This document shows, piece by piece, positions 26,803 to 37,178 of a stretch of 64,000 bases of DNA. The position numbers and the translations under genes were made by a program. The number at the start of each line of letters is the position of its first letter. Within the stretch, counting starts at the first letter, position 1. The notes beneath the pieces are model-generated. The model was not told the origin of the DNA and did no database searches. It was given only the letters and a program-made list of their open reading frames with translations. The stretch comes from an uncultured Elusimicrobia bacterium (GTDB taxonomy: Bacteria; Elusimicrobiota; Elusimicrobia; 2-01-FULL-59-12). The stretch lies in NCBI GenBank assembly GCA_963702895.1, contig OY969767.1, positions 1,888,001 to 1,952,000 of the forward strand. The letters run 5' to 3'.

Positions 26803-27280
26803 GAAGAAGCCCCCTCCCGGTCACGGGGTCAACGGAAAGGATGACGCGGTGATCGCGTGTCCGCACCTGCAGGGAAGCGGGCGTCGCCGTCCCGTTGGGG
26901 TAAAACACAATCAGAGAACCGCCCTGGAATTGCGCGTCGCCGGGCAACCGGCGAACGGTCCCCCGGGACCCTGGAACTCTCTCGAACTCCGCCCCATCGA
27001 CACCGCTCTGACGCCGCACCAGCCAGAAGCGGTTATCCCCCGAAGCGATCCGCACCCCATACTCGACACGCTCCATCACGGCGCGACCACGGGCGACGTT
27101 CATGGCGTCGAGTACATCGCGCGCCGCCACCTCCTGAGTCCAGGCGCCAAATGACCTGCGAAACACAGGCAGGGAGAATCCCGCCATCATGAGAAACAAA
27201 CCAACAACGAACATCAGTTCGATCAGGGTGAACCCGTTTTCAGGATTTCCCGGCATCTTCCCAGTTGGTGATGTTGTCAT
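26789..27280 (-). CDS. gspH: Minor pseudopilin GspH/FimT-like
   Basis: GFTLIELMFVV..AR.RAV..IVFYPNGTA..V.PVTGR. Confidence 0.75.
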   Translation of the reverse strand: MTTSPTGKMPGNPENGFTLIELMFVVGLFLMMAGFSLPVFRRSFGAWTQEVAARDVLDAMNVARGRAVMERVEYGVRIASGDNRFWLVRRQSGVDGAEFERVPGSRGTVRRLPGDAQFQGGSLIVFYPNGTATPASLQVRTRDHRVILSVDPVTGRGLLHAES

Positions 27281-27686
27281 GGCCTTCCTCAGACCCATCG
27301 GGCCCCAGAGAATAGAGATCGAAATCTTCCCGATTATGAACGCCGGGCGAGCGGTAGACGTAGGGGTTCCCCCATGGGTCTTTGATCGCGCCCCGCTTCT
27401 TCAGATACGGGCCCCGCCAGCGCTTGGCGGCCGGCGGCAGCGTGGGCGCTTCCAGGAGCGCCGCGATCCCTTGTTCCGTGGTGGGATAGGCGCCGTTGTC
27501 CACTTCGTAGAGATCCAGCGCGCTGGCGAGATTGGCCTGGATGTCCGCGGTCGCGGCGGCGATCTTGGCTTCCTTGGCCCGCCCCGTAAAGCGCGGCACC
27601 ACCATCGCGGCCAGCGTCGTGATGATCATGACCACCAGGAGCATCTCGACCAGGGTGAAACCGTATTCCTGCCTCTTGTCTTTCAT
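27240..27686 (-). CDS. gspG: Major pseudopilin GspG
   Basis: GFTLVEMLLV, YPTTEQGIAAL, WRGPYLK, DPWGNPYVYRSPG, DLYSLGPDG, DNITNW. Confidence 0.95.
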   Translation of the reverse strand: MKDKRQEYGFTLVEMLLVVMIITTLAAMVVPRFTGRAKEAKIAAATADIQANLASALDLYEVDNGAYPTTEQGIAALLEAPTLPPAAKRWRGPYLKKRGAIKDPWGNPYVYRSPGVHNREDFDLYSLGPDGSEEGHDNITNWEDAGKS

Positions 27687-27716
27687 AAGACCTCCCATCC
27701 CGATCCGCCTATGGCG

Positions 27717-28922
27717 TCATTTCACAAACGTTGAGATTTCGAAAATCGGCAGCAGCATCGCGACCACGATGACGCCGATCACCGATCCCACACCCAGAAT
27801 CATCACCGGCTCTAGAAGAGAGGTCGCCAGCTTCATCGCCCGGTCCGTTTCCCGCTCATAGGCAGCGGCGATCTTCTCCAGAGCCCTTTCCAGCGTGTTG
27901 GCTTCCTCGCCTATCGCGATCATTTGACACACCAAGGCGGGAAAAAGACCCGTGCGCTTCAAGCTTTCGGAAAGCGCGCTGCCTTGTTCCACCGCTTCGA
28001 GCGCCTGGCGCATCGGGCAGCGGAACCCCGGGTGATCCAGCACATGGGACACCACCTCGAGCGCCCGCAGAATCGGGACCCCGCCCTCTAGGAGCATGGA
28101 GAGCGTTCGCGCGAAACGAGCGATCATTCCCTTTTTCAAGACGGACCCCCAGAGCGGAGCGCGCAAGAGAGCGTGCGCGATCCACGCACGCACGCTCTGC
28201 GGCGCCTGGATGAGGGCCCATCCTGATGCTCCCAGACCCAGCGCCAGAGCGGCCGCGCCGGTCACCGATGTCAGACTCTGGCTCACGGCCTGGAGCGCGC
28301 GCGCGATCCAAGGCATCCCCTGCCCCGAGTCGAGAAACATCGATGTCAGACGCGGCACGACAAACACCATCAAAAACAGGACGCTCAGCCCCCCCACCGC
28401 CAGGATCAGGGCCGGATAGGCCAGCGCCGCCGCGAGGCGCGACCGGAACTCTTCCTCCTGTTCGAGAAACATCGCCAGGCGGCCAAGCGTCTGATTGAGC
28501 ACGCCTCCCACCTCCCCGGCATAGATCAAGTTCACGTACAGCGGCGAAAAGGACCGCGGGAATTTCTTCAGCGCTTCAGACAACGAGGACCCGCCGCGCA
28601 CCTGGTCTTGAAGGACATCGATCATCCGGGCGAGCGCGGGTCTTTCGGACTGTTCACGGGTGAGCTGGAGCGCGCGCAGCAGGGGGACGTTGGACTCCAA
28701 GAGGTCCGCCATCTGCCGGGTGAAGAACCCGAGATCCTTTTTGGTGATGGACGCCCGAAACGCCCAGGGGGAGCGTCCGGACTCCGCATATTCCCGCAGT
28801 TCGAGCGGAAAGTAGCCTCGCTGGGAGAGCTTCTCCAGCGCCTCGCCTCGGGTTTCCGCTTCAACCAGACCGGCCGTCGCTTCGTCCGGTCCTTTTTTCG
28901 CCTTGTATTGATAGGTCGCCAT
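27717..28922 (-). CDS. gspF: T2SS inner-membrane protein GspF
   Basis: FTRQMADLLES.VPL, AGEVGG.L, AALAYP, FARTLS, IGEE, LEP, LPIF. Confidence 0.92.
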   Translation of the reverse strand: MATYQYKAKKGPDEATAGLVEAETRGEALEKLSQRGYFPLELREYAESGRSPWAFRASITKKDLGFFTRQMADLLESNVPLLRALQLTREQSERPALARMIDVLQDQVRGGSSLSEALKKFPRSFSPLYVNLIYAGEVGGVLNQTLGRLAMFLEQEEEFRSRLAAALAYPALILAVGGLSVLFLMVFVVPRLTSMFLDSGQGMPWIARALQAVSQSLTSVTGAAALALGLGASGWALIQAPQSVRAWIAHALLRAPLWGSVLKKGMIARFARTLSMLLEGGVPILRALEVVSHVLDHPGFRCPMRQALEAVEQGSALSESLKRTGLFPALVCQMIAIGEEANTLERALEKIAAAYERETDRAMKLATSLLEPVMILGVGSVIGVIVVAMLLPIFEISTFVK

Positions 28923-28938
28923 GATCAGGGGCCTGGTC

Positions 28939-30612
28939 TCACGCGCCCTCCTGCAGGGTCGCGCGGATCACTTCTTCCAGCGTGGTGATTCCAAGCAGAA
29001 CTTTTTCCCACCCGCATTGCCGCAGGGTACGCATCCCTTCCGCCAGCGCCTGTTCACGGATGGCATGGGCGGGCGCGCGCGAACCGATCGCCGCTTGCAG
29101 GGCCGGCGTCACCGGCAGGATCTCATAGATCACGGTCCTTCCGCGAAAGCCGGTCTGTTTGCAGGCGTCACAACCCGCGCCTTCAAAAACCGTCACCGGT
29201 CCGCCGGGGTCCGGAAACCCGAATTCCTGCCGCCCTTGCGGCGGCAGGGGCCGCGGGCGCCTGCATTCCCGGCAGATCACGCGAACCAGCCGCTGACCAA
29301 TGACGCAAAGCACCGAGGTTGCGATCAGATAGGGTTCGACGCCGATATCCTCCAGCCGGGTGATTGCCCCGGAGGCGTCGTTGGTATGCAGCGTGCTGAA
29401 GACCAGGTGCCCCGTCAGCGCCACGCGGATGGCGACTTCCGCCGTTTCCGAATCGCGCACTTCGCCAACCATCATCACATCGGGATCATGGCGCAGCATC
29501 GCGCGCAGGCCCTGGGCGAAGCTCAGTCCGATCTTCGGCTGCACCTGGACCTGGGTGATGCCTTTCATCTGGTACTCGATCGGATCCTCCAGCGTGATGA
29601 TCTTCTTATCGGCCAGATTGATCTGTTTGAGAAACGCGTAAAGGGTGGTGGTCTTGCCGCTGCCGGTGGGGCCGGTCAGAAAGACAATCCCGTGCGGCTT
29701 CTGCAGATACGCCTGCACCCGGCACAAATCCTGGTCCGCGAATCCCAGATGCGGCAGGTCGAGGAACTGCCGGCTGGTCAAAAAGCGGATCCCGACGCTT
29801 TCGCCAAACGGGGTGGGCAGGGTGGATACGCGGAGGTCCATTTCCTGGCTTCCCACCCGGACCATGATGCGGCCGTCTTGGGGAAGGCGTTTTTCTGATA
29901 TGGAGAGATCGGCCATGATCTTGATGCGGGAAATGATCGAAGCCTGAAAGCGTTTCAGCGAATCCGAGATCTTGGCTTCGTAAAGAACTCCGTCAATCCG
30001 GTAGCGCACCCGGAGGTCATCGGCGTAAGGTTCGAGATGGATGTCCGTGGCGCGGCTCTGGAAGGCTTCCAGAAGCATCTGGTTGACGAACCGCGCCACG
30101 GAGGCTTCCTGGGCCGCTTCCAGATCGTTGCCGCCGCGAACCTCCGGCGCAGCCTGCGCGGCGCGGTCATCCGCCAGGCGTTCCAGGGTGTCGGCGCCGA
30201 TCCCGTAGAGCGCTTTCATGGCTTCCCCGATCTCCTGTTCCGTCGCCAGAACAACGCGCAGGTCCTTTTTCAAAACCACACGCAGTTCATCGAGCGTCTG
30301 CACGTCCATCGCGCAGCCCGCGGCCAGTTTCAAAGCGCCGTTGTCCCAGCCCATCGGGAGGCAGCGGTAATGCGCCGCTACCTTCGCGGGAACCTCTTGG
30401 GTCAGCGCGGGATCAAGCCGCATCCCCTGCAGCGAGACCCGCGGCAGATGCAGTTGGGCGGACAACAAATCGAGCAGCGCGTTCTCGGACAGCGCGCCGC
30501 GCTTCACCAGCAGGCGGCCCAGCGGCTGGCTGCTCCGCTCGTGATCCTGCAGGCATTCCTGCAGGATTTTGGCGTCCACGGCATCATGCTGCAGCAGCAG
30601 GGTGTCTAACAT
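28939..30612 (-). CDS. gspE: T2SS ATPase GspE
   Basis: ATDIHLEP, RLPQDGR, GPTGSGKTTTLY, EDPIEY, LRHDPD, TGHLVFSTLHTND, CxxC..CxxC. Confidence 0.95.
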   Translation of the reverse strand: MLDTLLLQHDAVDAKILQECLQDHERSSQPLGRLLVKRGALSENALLDLLSAQLHLPRVSLQGMRLDPALTQEVPAKVAAHYRCLPMGWDNGALKLAAGCAMDVQTLDELRVVLKKDLRVVLATEQEIGEAMKALYGIGADTLERLADDRAAQAAPEVRGGNDLEAAQEASVARFVNQMLLEAFQSRATDIHLEPYADDLRVRYRIDGVLYEAKISDSLKRFQASIISRIKIMADLSISEKRLPQDGRIMVRVGSQEMDLRVSTLPTPFGESVGIRFLTSRQFLDLPHLGFADQDLCRVQAYLQKPHGIVFLTGPTGSGKTTTLYAFLKQINLADKKIITLEDPIEYQMKGITQVQVQPKIGLSFAQGLRAMLRHDPDVMMVGEVRDSETAEVAIRVALTGHLVFSTLHTNDASGAITRLEDIGVEPYLIATSVLCVIGQRLVRVICRECRRPRPLPPQGRQEFGFPDPGGPVTVFEGAGCDACKQTGFRGRTVIYEILPVTPALQAAIGSRAPAHAIREQALAEGMRTLRQCGWEKVLLGITTLEEVIRATLQEGA

Positions 30613-30652
30613 GAAAACGATGCCTCTTCTGGCTCAATCCGGCATCCTGAGC

Positions 30653-32560
30653 TCACAGGGCGGGGCTCTTCTTTCCGAACAAGCGCCGGAAGAACCCCTT
30701 TTTCTTCGGGGTCCCGTCCGGCTGCACCTCGAGCCGGGTCTGCACTTCCGGCGAAAACTGATCGCCGGTAACGATATGGGGCGTGAGGAAAATGACCAAT
30801 TCCGTCTTTTGCTCCGTTTTGGCGCGGCTCCGGAACAGCATGCCGATGACCGGGATGCGGCCAAACCAGGGCACCTCGGTGTCTGTTTTCGCGCGGACCT
30901 CTTCGATCAGGCCGCCGATGACCACCGTGACGCCGTCTTTGACCACAAGACTCGCTTCCGCCGCCGAGGTGCGGATGATCGGGATCGAGCTCCCTTCGCT
31001 CGTGGTGATCGTGCTTTCCACGGAGCTCACCTCGGGTTTCACCTTTAACGTCACGATCCCGTCATCTCCGACGGATGGCGTCACCGACAACTTGACGCCG
31101 GTATCCAGGAACTCGACGTTCTCGGTCGTGACCGGGTTCGACGTGGTACTGCCGACGTTGAGCACCGTCTTGGTGATTTTGGCCGCCTTGCTGCCGACAT
31201 GGATCTTGGCCTCCTGATTGTTGAGCGCCATGATGCGCGGGGAGGAGAGGAGCTTGGTGGTCCCGATGGAACCCAGGAGGTTGATCACCGTTCGAAAATC
31301 TGGCTTCTCCAAAATTCCGACCGAGGCGGTGATGCCGGGCGCCGTGATGTTGCCCGGAGTCAGGGACGTCGGCGGGACCAGCTGAAGGTTCTGGACCATG
31401 GTGCCGGCCAGGTGGTAGCCGTTGAGGTTGTTCATGATGTGCGTCCAGTCGATGCCCTGCCAGTTGACGCCGGATTGGAAGCTCTTGTTGAGTATGACCT
31501 GCATGATTTTCGCCTCGATCAGCACGCAGCGGTGGCGCACATCGAAGGCCTTGATCAGCTCGGTGATGTCCTTCATCCGCGCCGCGTTGTCCCGGACCAC
31601 GAGCGTGTTGGAACGTTTGTCGATTTGAAGACTGCCGAAGTCCTTGCTCACGAGCGGACTGATCTTGGGTTCCAATTCGTCCGCGGTCGCGTAGTTAAGC
31701 CGGAAAATCTGCATTTCCTCGGGGACGTCAAACGTTTCGACGCGCTGGCGCATCTCCGCCAGGTCCCCGGGGTTGTCGTCGATAATTAAGGAATTGGTGA
31801 CTTCGTCGACCGCGATCGATCCGATCTTGCTCTTGATCGACTCCAGCATCTCTTTGGCCGTCTTCGCTTTGGCGTGGCGCAGCGGCAGAACCAGCCGCTG
31901 CGTCTTCTTGGAAAAGGGAACACCGTAGACCCGTTCGAAATCCGGGGCGGACATGACTTCGACGAGGTTGCCCTCGCGGGCATAGGCCAGGTCCCGGCTG
32001 TTCAGGATCGCTTTCATCGCCTCCCAGAATTCCACATTATTGAGAAGAAGGGTGACGCGTCCGGACACGTTTCGGTCCACCACGACATTAATGCCGTTCT
32101 GCTTGCAGAGCATCTTCACCACTTCGACCACGTCCATGTCCTTGAGGTCGAGCGACACCGGCTTGGTCACCGGAGCATAAACAGCCGGCCCCGCGATGGC
32201 CCGCGCAACCTCCAGGGATCCGGGGGGCACCGCAGCAGACGCCACCGGTTCCGGTGCGGGGGCTGTTTGCGCCGGCGTGGGGACGGCTTCCTCTGGCACG
32301 GGGGCTGCCGCCGCCGGCGTGGGAACCGCTTCCCCTGGCACGGAAGCTGCCGCCGCCGGTACGGAAGCGGCGGCGGCAGCTTCAGCCGGAGCGGGGACCG
32401 CTGCCGGATCCGACACGGCGCCGTGGGTCGATATGACCACCGGAAAAGACGGAAATCCTGGCTGCGAAGCCGGGGATTGTTCTCCAGACGCCGGATTCGA
32501 AGCCCATCCTCCCCCGACAACCAGACAGAGCCACAGAACGTGTAATTGAACTCTCTTCAT
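30653..32560 (-). CDS. gspD: Secretin GspD
   Basis: Signal, Pro/Ala-rich linker, N domains, VLIEAKIM, LSSPRI..NNQEA.I.VG, VPWFGRIPVIG.LFR..ELVIFLTPHI. Confidence 0.92.
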   Translation of the reverse strand: MKRVQLHVLWLCLVVGGGWASNPASGEQSPASQPGFPSFPVVISTHGAVSDPAAVPAPAEAAAAASVPAAAASVPGEAVPTPAAAAPVPEEAVPTPAQTAPAPEPVASAAVPPGSLEVARAIAGPAVYAPVTKPVSLDLKDMDVVEVVKMLCKQNGINVVVDRNVSGRVTLLLNNVEFWEAMKAILNSRDLAYAREGNLVEVMSAPDFERVYGVPFSKKTQRLVLPLRHAKAKTAKEMLESIKSKIGSIAVDEVTNSLIIDDNPGDLAEMRQRVETFDVPEEMQIFRLNYATADELEPKISPLVSKDFGSLQIDKRSNTLVVRDNAARMKDITELIKAFDVRHRCVLIEAKIMQVILNKSFQSGVNWQGIDWTHIMNNLNGYHLAGTMVQNLQLVPPTSLTPGNITAPGITASVGILEKPDFRTVINLLGSIGTTKLLSSPRIMALNNQEAKIHVGSKAAKITKTVLNVGSTTSNPVTTENVEFLDTGVKLSVTPSVGDDGIVTLKVKPEVSSVESTITTSEGSSIPIIRTSAAEASLVVKDGVTVVIGGLIEEVRAKTDTEVPWFGRIPVIGMLFRSRAKTEQKTELVIFLTPHIVTGDQFSPEVQTRLEVQPDGTPKKKGFFRRLFGKKSPAL

Positions 32561-32579
32561 ATCGGACTCCCCATGAGCG

Positions 32580-33218
32580 TCAAAGGGTCAACGCGAGCCG
32601 CTCCGTTTCCGAAGTCAAGATCACCTGATCGTTCAGGACGCTTTCTACCTGGACGTCACCTACGGATTGCCCGGCTGACACATAAATCGTTTTCTGGTTT
32701 CTCTGGTCTTCGAGGATCGCCTGGAGCGGCGTCGTGCTCATAATCCCCACCAGACGCAGGTGCACCAGCCGCTCGCTCAGCGGGACCTTCGCAACCACGG
32801 GTTCCGGGGGCGCGACGTACCGGGGCGCAGCAGGGGGCGGCGCGACCAGGGGTTTGAATAGATTGCGCTGCGTCAGGCTCGCGAGCGGAAGTGCTGTTCG
32901 GACGTCGGCGCGCCCCCTTGAACGGGGGGATCCGGCCGGACGCAGGGCGCCCGAGGGATCCGGCAGGCGAGAAGAAACGAGACCGGCCAGCGCCGCCATC
33001 AGACAGACCGAAACAGCCGCCAGGAGCAAACGGTTGATGTGCTGCAGCGGCGTCAGGTGCGCGGCGCGCTCCGCGAACCTCCGGGCGCGCGCGCGCAGTT
33101 TGGCCGCAGCGTTTTTCACCCAAGCGCCCGCCTGGTTGCGGACGATCGCCGCCGGCGACCGGGCGGACGAACCTTTCTTGATGAGCTCCAGCAGTTTAGC
33201 TTCGGGCGTCATGCTCAT
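32580..33218 (-). CDS. gspC: GspC/PilP-like protein
   Basis: Single TM, RNLFKP, LRLVGI....QAILED......V..G..V....V..I/V....VIL. Confidence 0.6.
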   Translation of the reverse strand: MSMTPEAKLLELIKKGSSARSPAAIVRNQAGAWVKNAAAKLRARARRFAERAAHLTPLQHINRLLLAAVSVCLMAALAGLVSSRLPDPSGALRPAGSPRSRGRADVRTALPLASLTQRNLFKPLVAPPPAAPRYVAPPEPVVAKVPLSERLVHLRLVGIMSTTPLQAILEDQRNQKTIYVSAGQSVGDVQVESVLNDQVILTSETERLALTL

Positions 33219-34038
33219 ATTCGATTGCCCCCTCCTGCGAGAGGATCTCCTCCACCAGGCGCTTCTGCGCCACTGACTGTCCCTGAGCGGCCAGCGCTTC
33301 CATCGCTTTCTGGCAGACAAAATTGATGCGGCGCGGATAGCCCTGGGTTGCCTGATGAAGGACGCGCAGGGCTTCATCGGTAAACGGCAGAGGCCGCGCG
33401 TCCCATCCCGCCTGCTTCAGGCGGAATTCGATCATTCGTCGGGTGTCGGCTTCATCCAGCGGGTTCATCACATATTTGAGCGCGACCCGATCCATCACAT
33501 TGCGCGTCCGCGCGAACCGCGGCAGCGCCTCCAGTTGGGCCAGGATCACCAGCTGGAGCAGCTTGTGCTGGCTGGTCTCGTAGTTGAGCAGGGAGCGCAG
33601 GATTTCCAGGAGCGGCAGGGACAGGTTCTGTCCCTCGTCAATCAGGAGCACGGTCGTACGGCCTTCCACCACCCCGCGCTGGTACAGGTGATGCTCCAGC
33701 GCCTCCAGGCAGTCCATCGTGGACCGGAATGGCCCCTGGACCCCGACCATGACGCAGAGCTTTTCCAGGAACTGGAATTCCGAGGGGTACAGCGGGTTTA
33801 AGATCAGGTGAAGATCGATGTCGGTCTCCGGCGCCAGCGCCTGTGCCAGCACGCGGCCGAGCGTGGTCTTGCCGGTGCCGACGTCCCCGAGGATCAGGTT
33901 GAGTCCCCGCTTGAGCCGGATGTTGATTTCCAGCCGCTGGAGCGCCGAAAGATGCGCGGGCGAGCGGTAGAAGAACACCGGATCCGGGCTGATCGAGAAC
34001 GGCTCTGCGCGCAAGCCCAGCGCTTCGAAATAGCTCAT
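33196..34038 (-). CDS. exeA: ExeA-like AAA ATPase
   Basis: GLRAEPFSISPDP.FFY, GDVGTGKTT, LIDEGQNL, GYPRRIN; no peptidoglycan-binding tail. Confidence 0.88.
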   Translation of the reverse strand: MSYFEALGLRAEPFSISPDPVFFYRSPAHLSALQRLEINIRLKRGLNLILGDVGTGKTTLGRVLAQALAPETDIDLHLILNPLYPSEFQFLEKLCVMVGVQGPFRSTMDCLEALEHHLYQRGVVEGRTTVLLIDEGQNLSLPLLEILRSLLNYETSQHKLLQLVILAQLEALPRFARTRNVMDRVALKYVMNPLDEADTRRMIEFRLKQAGWDARPLPFTDEALRVLHQATQGYPRRINFVCQKAMEALAAQGQSVAQKRLVEEILSQEGAIEYEHDARS

Positions 34039-34091
34039 TGCTCCTCACTCTCCAACGGGATAGTGAACACCCTGACCAAAAAAAATCGAGC

Positions 34092-34334
34092 CTAGGCAGC
34101 CCCCACCAGCGAACGGATCTCTTCCAAATTCTTCCCCTGCTTGCGAAGCTGACGAATCCGCTTCAGTTGGTCCAACGCGCTTGTCTCGAAGAACCGGTAG
34201 TGCGTATAGGGACTGCGGCCGAATTCCTCAATCAACCCTTCCCTCAGATAATGTTCGATCGTATACACCGAATGACCAGTGGCCCGGGCCAGATCTTTAA
34301 CGAGATAAATCGTCTTCATCTGTGGAAGTTCCAT
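34092..34334 (-). CDS. Stand-alone MerR-type HTH protein
   Basis: VKDLARATGHSVYTIEHYLREGLI....YRFF....L..L..I..L...G..L.EI. Confidence 0.8.
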   Translation of the reverse strand: MELPQMKTIYLVKDLARATGHSVYTIEHYLREGLIEEFGRSPYTHYRFFETSALDQLKRIRQLRKQGKNLEEIRSLVGAA

Positions 34335-34366
34335 TCTTCATGCTTTCCGGGCTGACCCCTAAGCCG

Positions 34367-35392
34367 TCAGTACTTAATGATGAAATTGAGGACTGTCGAC
34401 GGCTGCATGAGGTTGTGTGCCACTCCTGCGCCGGTGTTATTGATCACGGGCGTTTGGCTGTCGGATGTAAAGTTCCCTGATCGTCCAGGACCCCCTGACA
34501 CAGACGCGATAGGTCCTGCATTCGTCGCCGTCCCACTAAATCCGGTGAAGTTGCCGCCTCCGGCCGGAACGACGGCATGGTTATGGGACGCTTGCGTGTG
34601 GTTATGAGGGGGCATTTCGGCAATGGTCAGAAGGTGCGCTTCTTCGCCGAGCTTTTGCGCCAGCACCCGGTCCGTGAGACCGGGCCCCTGACCGGTTCCT
34701 ACCGGCACCCTGCCGCGCAAATCGGGGACGTTAAACGTCGTGCTCCCATCACCGGCGCCCCAACTCGTTCCAATGGCGCTGAATAAATCGGCATAAGTAA
34801 TTCGGCTGAGCGCCGAGCCATCGCAAAGAAGGAAACCCTTAGGGACGTTCAAGCCGGCAAAGGGAAGAAGCGCTCCGGACGGAAGCAGATTGCCTCCGAC
34901 ATCCTTCCCCCCTACGGTCATAGAACTGGCCGACACACTTCCGGTCGCGGCCACATTGCCTTGCACGTCGAAGTTCCCCAAGCTGCCGAGCGCATACCCG
35001 GATGCTCCAAGCATCTGCCGCGGCGCCATTTCATTGGCATCGCCCGCAACCTGGATCCCGAGGTAGTAAGGCTTGTTGAATGGCACAGCATTCAAGCTGC
35101 TGGATGTCCCGAGCGTGGCCTGAAAGAGCCCGGTCGAGACAAAGACGCTTTTCGATTCTGTCCACATAGCGCTCGTGACAGGAGCGGTGCTGTTGGTGTA
35201 GAGGCGGAAGCTCAGAGTGTACGTGCCGTGAAGGACCGCATACGAACTGTTGGTCAATTTCCCCTGGATGTTGACCAGCTTATCCCCCGCGAAGCCGGGT
35301 TGGCCGATGACGGACAAGAAGACCGCCAGCGCGGAGGACTTTCGCGCGAACAAACACACCAGCTTTGCGATGGATGTACCGGCCTTGATCAT
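34367..35392 (-). CDS. Secreted fibre-like protein with C-terminal phage tail-collar domain
   Basis: Signal-like N-terminus, NIQGKLT..W.E..GLF..LG..PRQ.L domain, then P.G....FAG...P.GFLLCDG.......Y..LF.AIG...G.GDG.TTFNVPDLRGR..NFIIKY. Confidence 0.8.
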   Translation of the reverse strand: MIKAGTSIAKLVCLFARKSSALAVFLSVIGQPGFAGDKLVNIQGKLTNSSYAVLHGTYTLSFRLYTNSTAPVTSAMWTESKSVFVSTGLFQATLGTSSSLNAVPFNKPYYLGIQVAGDANEMAPRQMLGASGYALGSLGNFDVQGNVAATGSVSASSMTVGGKDVGGNLLPSGALLPFAGLNVPKGFLLCDGSALSRITYADLFSAIGTSWGAGDGSTTFNVPDLRGRVPVGTGQGPGLTDRVLAQKLGEEAHLLTIAEMPPHNHTQASHNHAVVPAGGGNFTGFSGTATNAGPIASVSGGPGRSGNFTSDSQTPVINNTGAGVAHNLMQPSTVLNFIIKY

Positions 35393-35670
35393 GATTCCCT
35401 CTTGATGGGGTGTCCACACCCGTTCATAGTCGATCGCTGTCTGTATTTAGCAACAGGATGGAGACGCGGAATAGGCCTTTAGGCCTTTTTTAACGGCGAG
35501 AGTTCAAGGGGATGAGCTGACGCGGAGTTCTTGACTGGTCGTCAATTCGCTGCGGCCAAGTCGTTTGAGGCCGTTCCACAGGCTTTATGCACTCCAAATG
35601 GAAATGTGAACACGGGCACCCTTCAGAGTTTGGAGGGCAATTTCAATAGCCTCAAAGTGTCAGGCACTAT

Positions 35671-36786
35671 CTAGGAGAAGAAGTGGTGCTTTATATCGGA
35701 GAGGGTATTTCGAACACCCAGTTTATCCAGTGATAGGACGCTCAAGGAGAGACACGCCAACCACCAAGGATCCCGCCAACATCGCCAACCCGAGCGACAC
35801 CCCGCCACCAACTCCCGCAACAGACCCACCGTAATGAAGACCGACCCAACCACCAGGAAAAGATACTGTCTGTGGGTGAAGAATACACCTTTCCAACGAG
35901 TAATGAAGTAAACCAGCGGAGAGATAATGAACCAACCAAGGATCGTCATATCAAGGCAAAGTCCCGATGCGTCTTTTCGCTTGTAGTCGCGGAAGGCCAG
36001 AAAGATTCCACCGAGCATCAGCCACTTGTAGCGAAGCCAGAATTGAAAGAATCCCTCCCATGTCCCCCATTCGGGCCCTGTATATCCCCAGGATGATCCA
36101 TGAAGCGCATAATACAGTGCTGTAAGAAAACCGAGGGTGATTGGTAACAAGGTGGCCCATCTCCATGCAGGACGGACCTTAAACAGAAGATTCACCGATA
36201 CCAGGGAGACCCCCAACGTCATAAATTGGAACAATGAAACTGTTGCGGTGGCGCCCAATAGAACGCAAGCAAGATTCCAGTACCACTCACGGTAAAGAGA
36301 ATACACGCCCATCAACAAGAAAAAAGACGTGATCATCCAAAATCCATAAGGTCGAGCCTCAGTCGAATAATAGAAGGTCCTCTGGGCGTAAAGGAAGAGG
36401 AAGACAGCGACACCCGCCCACGCCAAGGAGATCGTCCGAGGTCGAAACCACAGGAACAATAGACATCCCAAAAACAAAGGACCCAGTGATGACCATCGCC
36501 AATAAATCGTCTTCGGAATACCCAGCTGTTCTAACCAAGGATGGGTCTTTTTGAAAACCTTGAATAATAGGTAAAACATCGGAGAAGGACTGCCTTGGTG
36601 CGGCGCACCGTTCATCAATAACTGCCCGTAAGTCGGAGCCGTGACGCTGCTATTGACCCCCGCCGTCTCATCACCCCAGAATGGTTTTGACCGCGCAAAG
36701 TCCGTGGAAGCAAAGAGATAAAAACCCAATACGATTGAAATTAGGATCACGACCATACGACTCCGATAGGAAAGGAAGAGTGTCAT
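35671..36786 (-). CDS. Polytopic GT-C-like (PMT/ArnT-like) glycosyltransferase, lower GC than flanks
   Basis: KPFWGDE after TM1 and YSTEARPY motif; many TM segments. Confidence 0.6.
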   Translation of the reverse strand: MTLFLSYRSRMVVILISIVLGFYLFASTDFARSKPFWGDETAGVNSSVTAPTYGQLLMNGAPHQGSPSPMFYLLFKVFKKTHPWLEQLGIPKTIYWRWSSLGPLFLGCLLFLWFRPRTISLAWAGVAVFLFLYAQRTFYYSTEARPYGFWMITSFFLLMGVYSLYREWYWNLACVLLGATATVSLFQFMTLGVSLVSVNLLFKVRPAWRWATLLPITLGFLTALYYALHGSSWGYTGPEWGTWEGFFQFWLRYKWLMLGGIFLAFRDYKRKDASGLCLDMTILGWFIISPLVYFITRWKGVFFTHRQYLFLVVGSVFITVGLLRELVAGCRSGWRCWRDPWWLACLSLSVLSLDKLGVRNTLSDIKHHFFS

Positions 36787-36874
36787 TGGAATGTTGCGCG
36801 CATTGTATATATTCTGCGGTTTAAAAGTGGATTGATGTCCTCGGTCCGCAGAGTTTCATCGTAAGCCATTTCAA

Positions 36875-37140
36875 CTACGCTTCCTCGAGGAAACCACCCA
36901 TGAAGATTCCCCTCGGTTTGCCAAAGGGCGTGTACTGGATCAAGCTTACCGGGGCTTGACTCGTGTCCAAGAGCAGGGCGGTGCTGCCCAAGTGATCCGG
37001 CAGGAAGTAGGCGACCCCGACGGGGGTTTTTGTCGCCGCGCGGCTCGTCCCCTCCGAAATGGACGGCGTGGAGCCGGCGTCGTTCAACTCGTAAATCTGG
37101 CCGATGTAAAGAGTGATCGCGGTGAAAGTGTCCTGGGACC
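36875..37140 (-). pseudogene. Degenerate Rhs core fragment
   Basis: YIGQIYE...YFLPDHLGST.......YTPFG parallels YIGHIYE...YLLPDHLGST.......YAPFG of the full Rhs gene, then loses similarity. Confidence 0.7.
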
Positions 37141-37178
37141 CCAGCCTCAAGGTGCCAGACACTATCCAACTCGCAATC

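Noticed and set aside
32250..32400. Pro/Ala-rich repeats in gspD as a repeat element
   Set aside because: Ordinary low-complexity linker
34367..35392. Prophage or contractile injection system
   Set aside because: No capsid, terminase, sheath, tube, baseplate or integrase genes; the protein has a signal-like N-terminus
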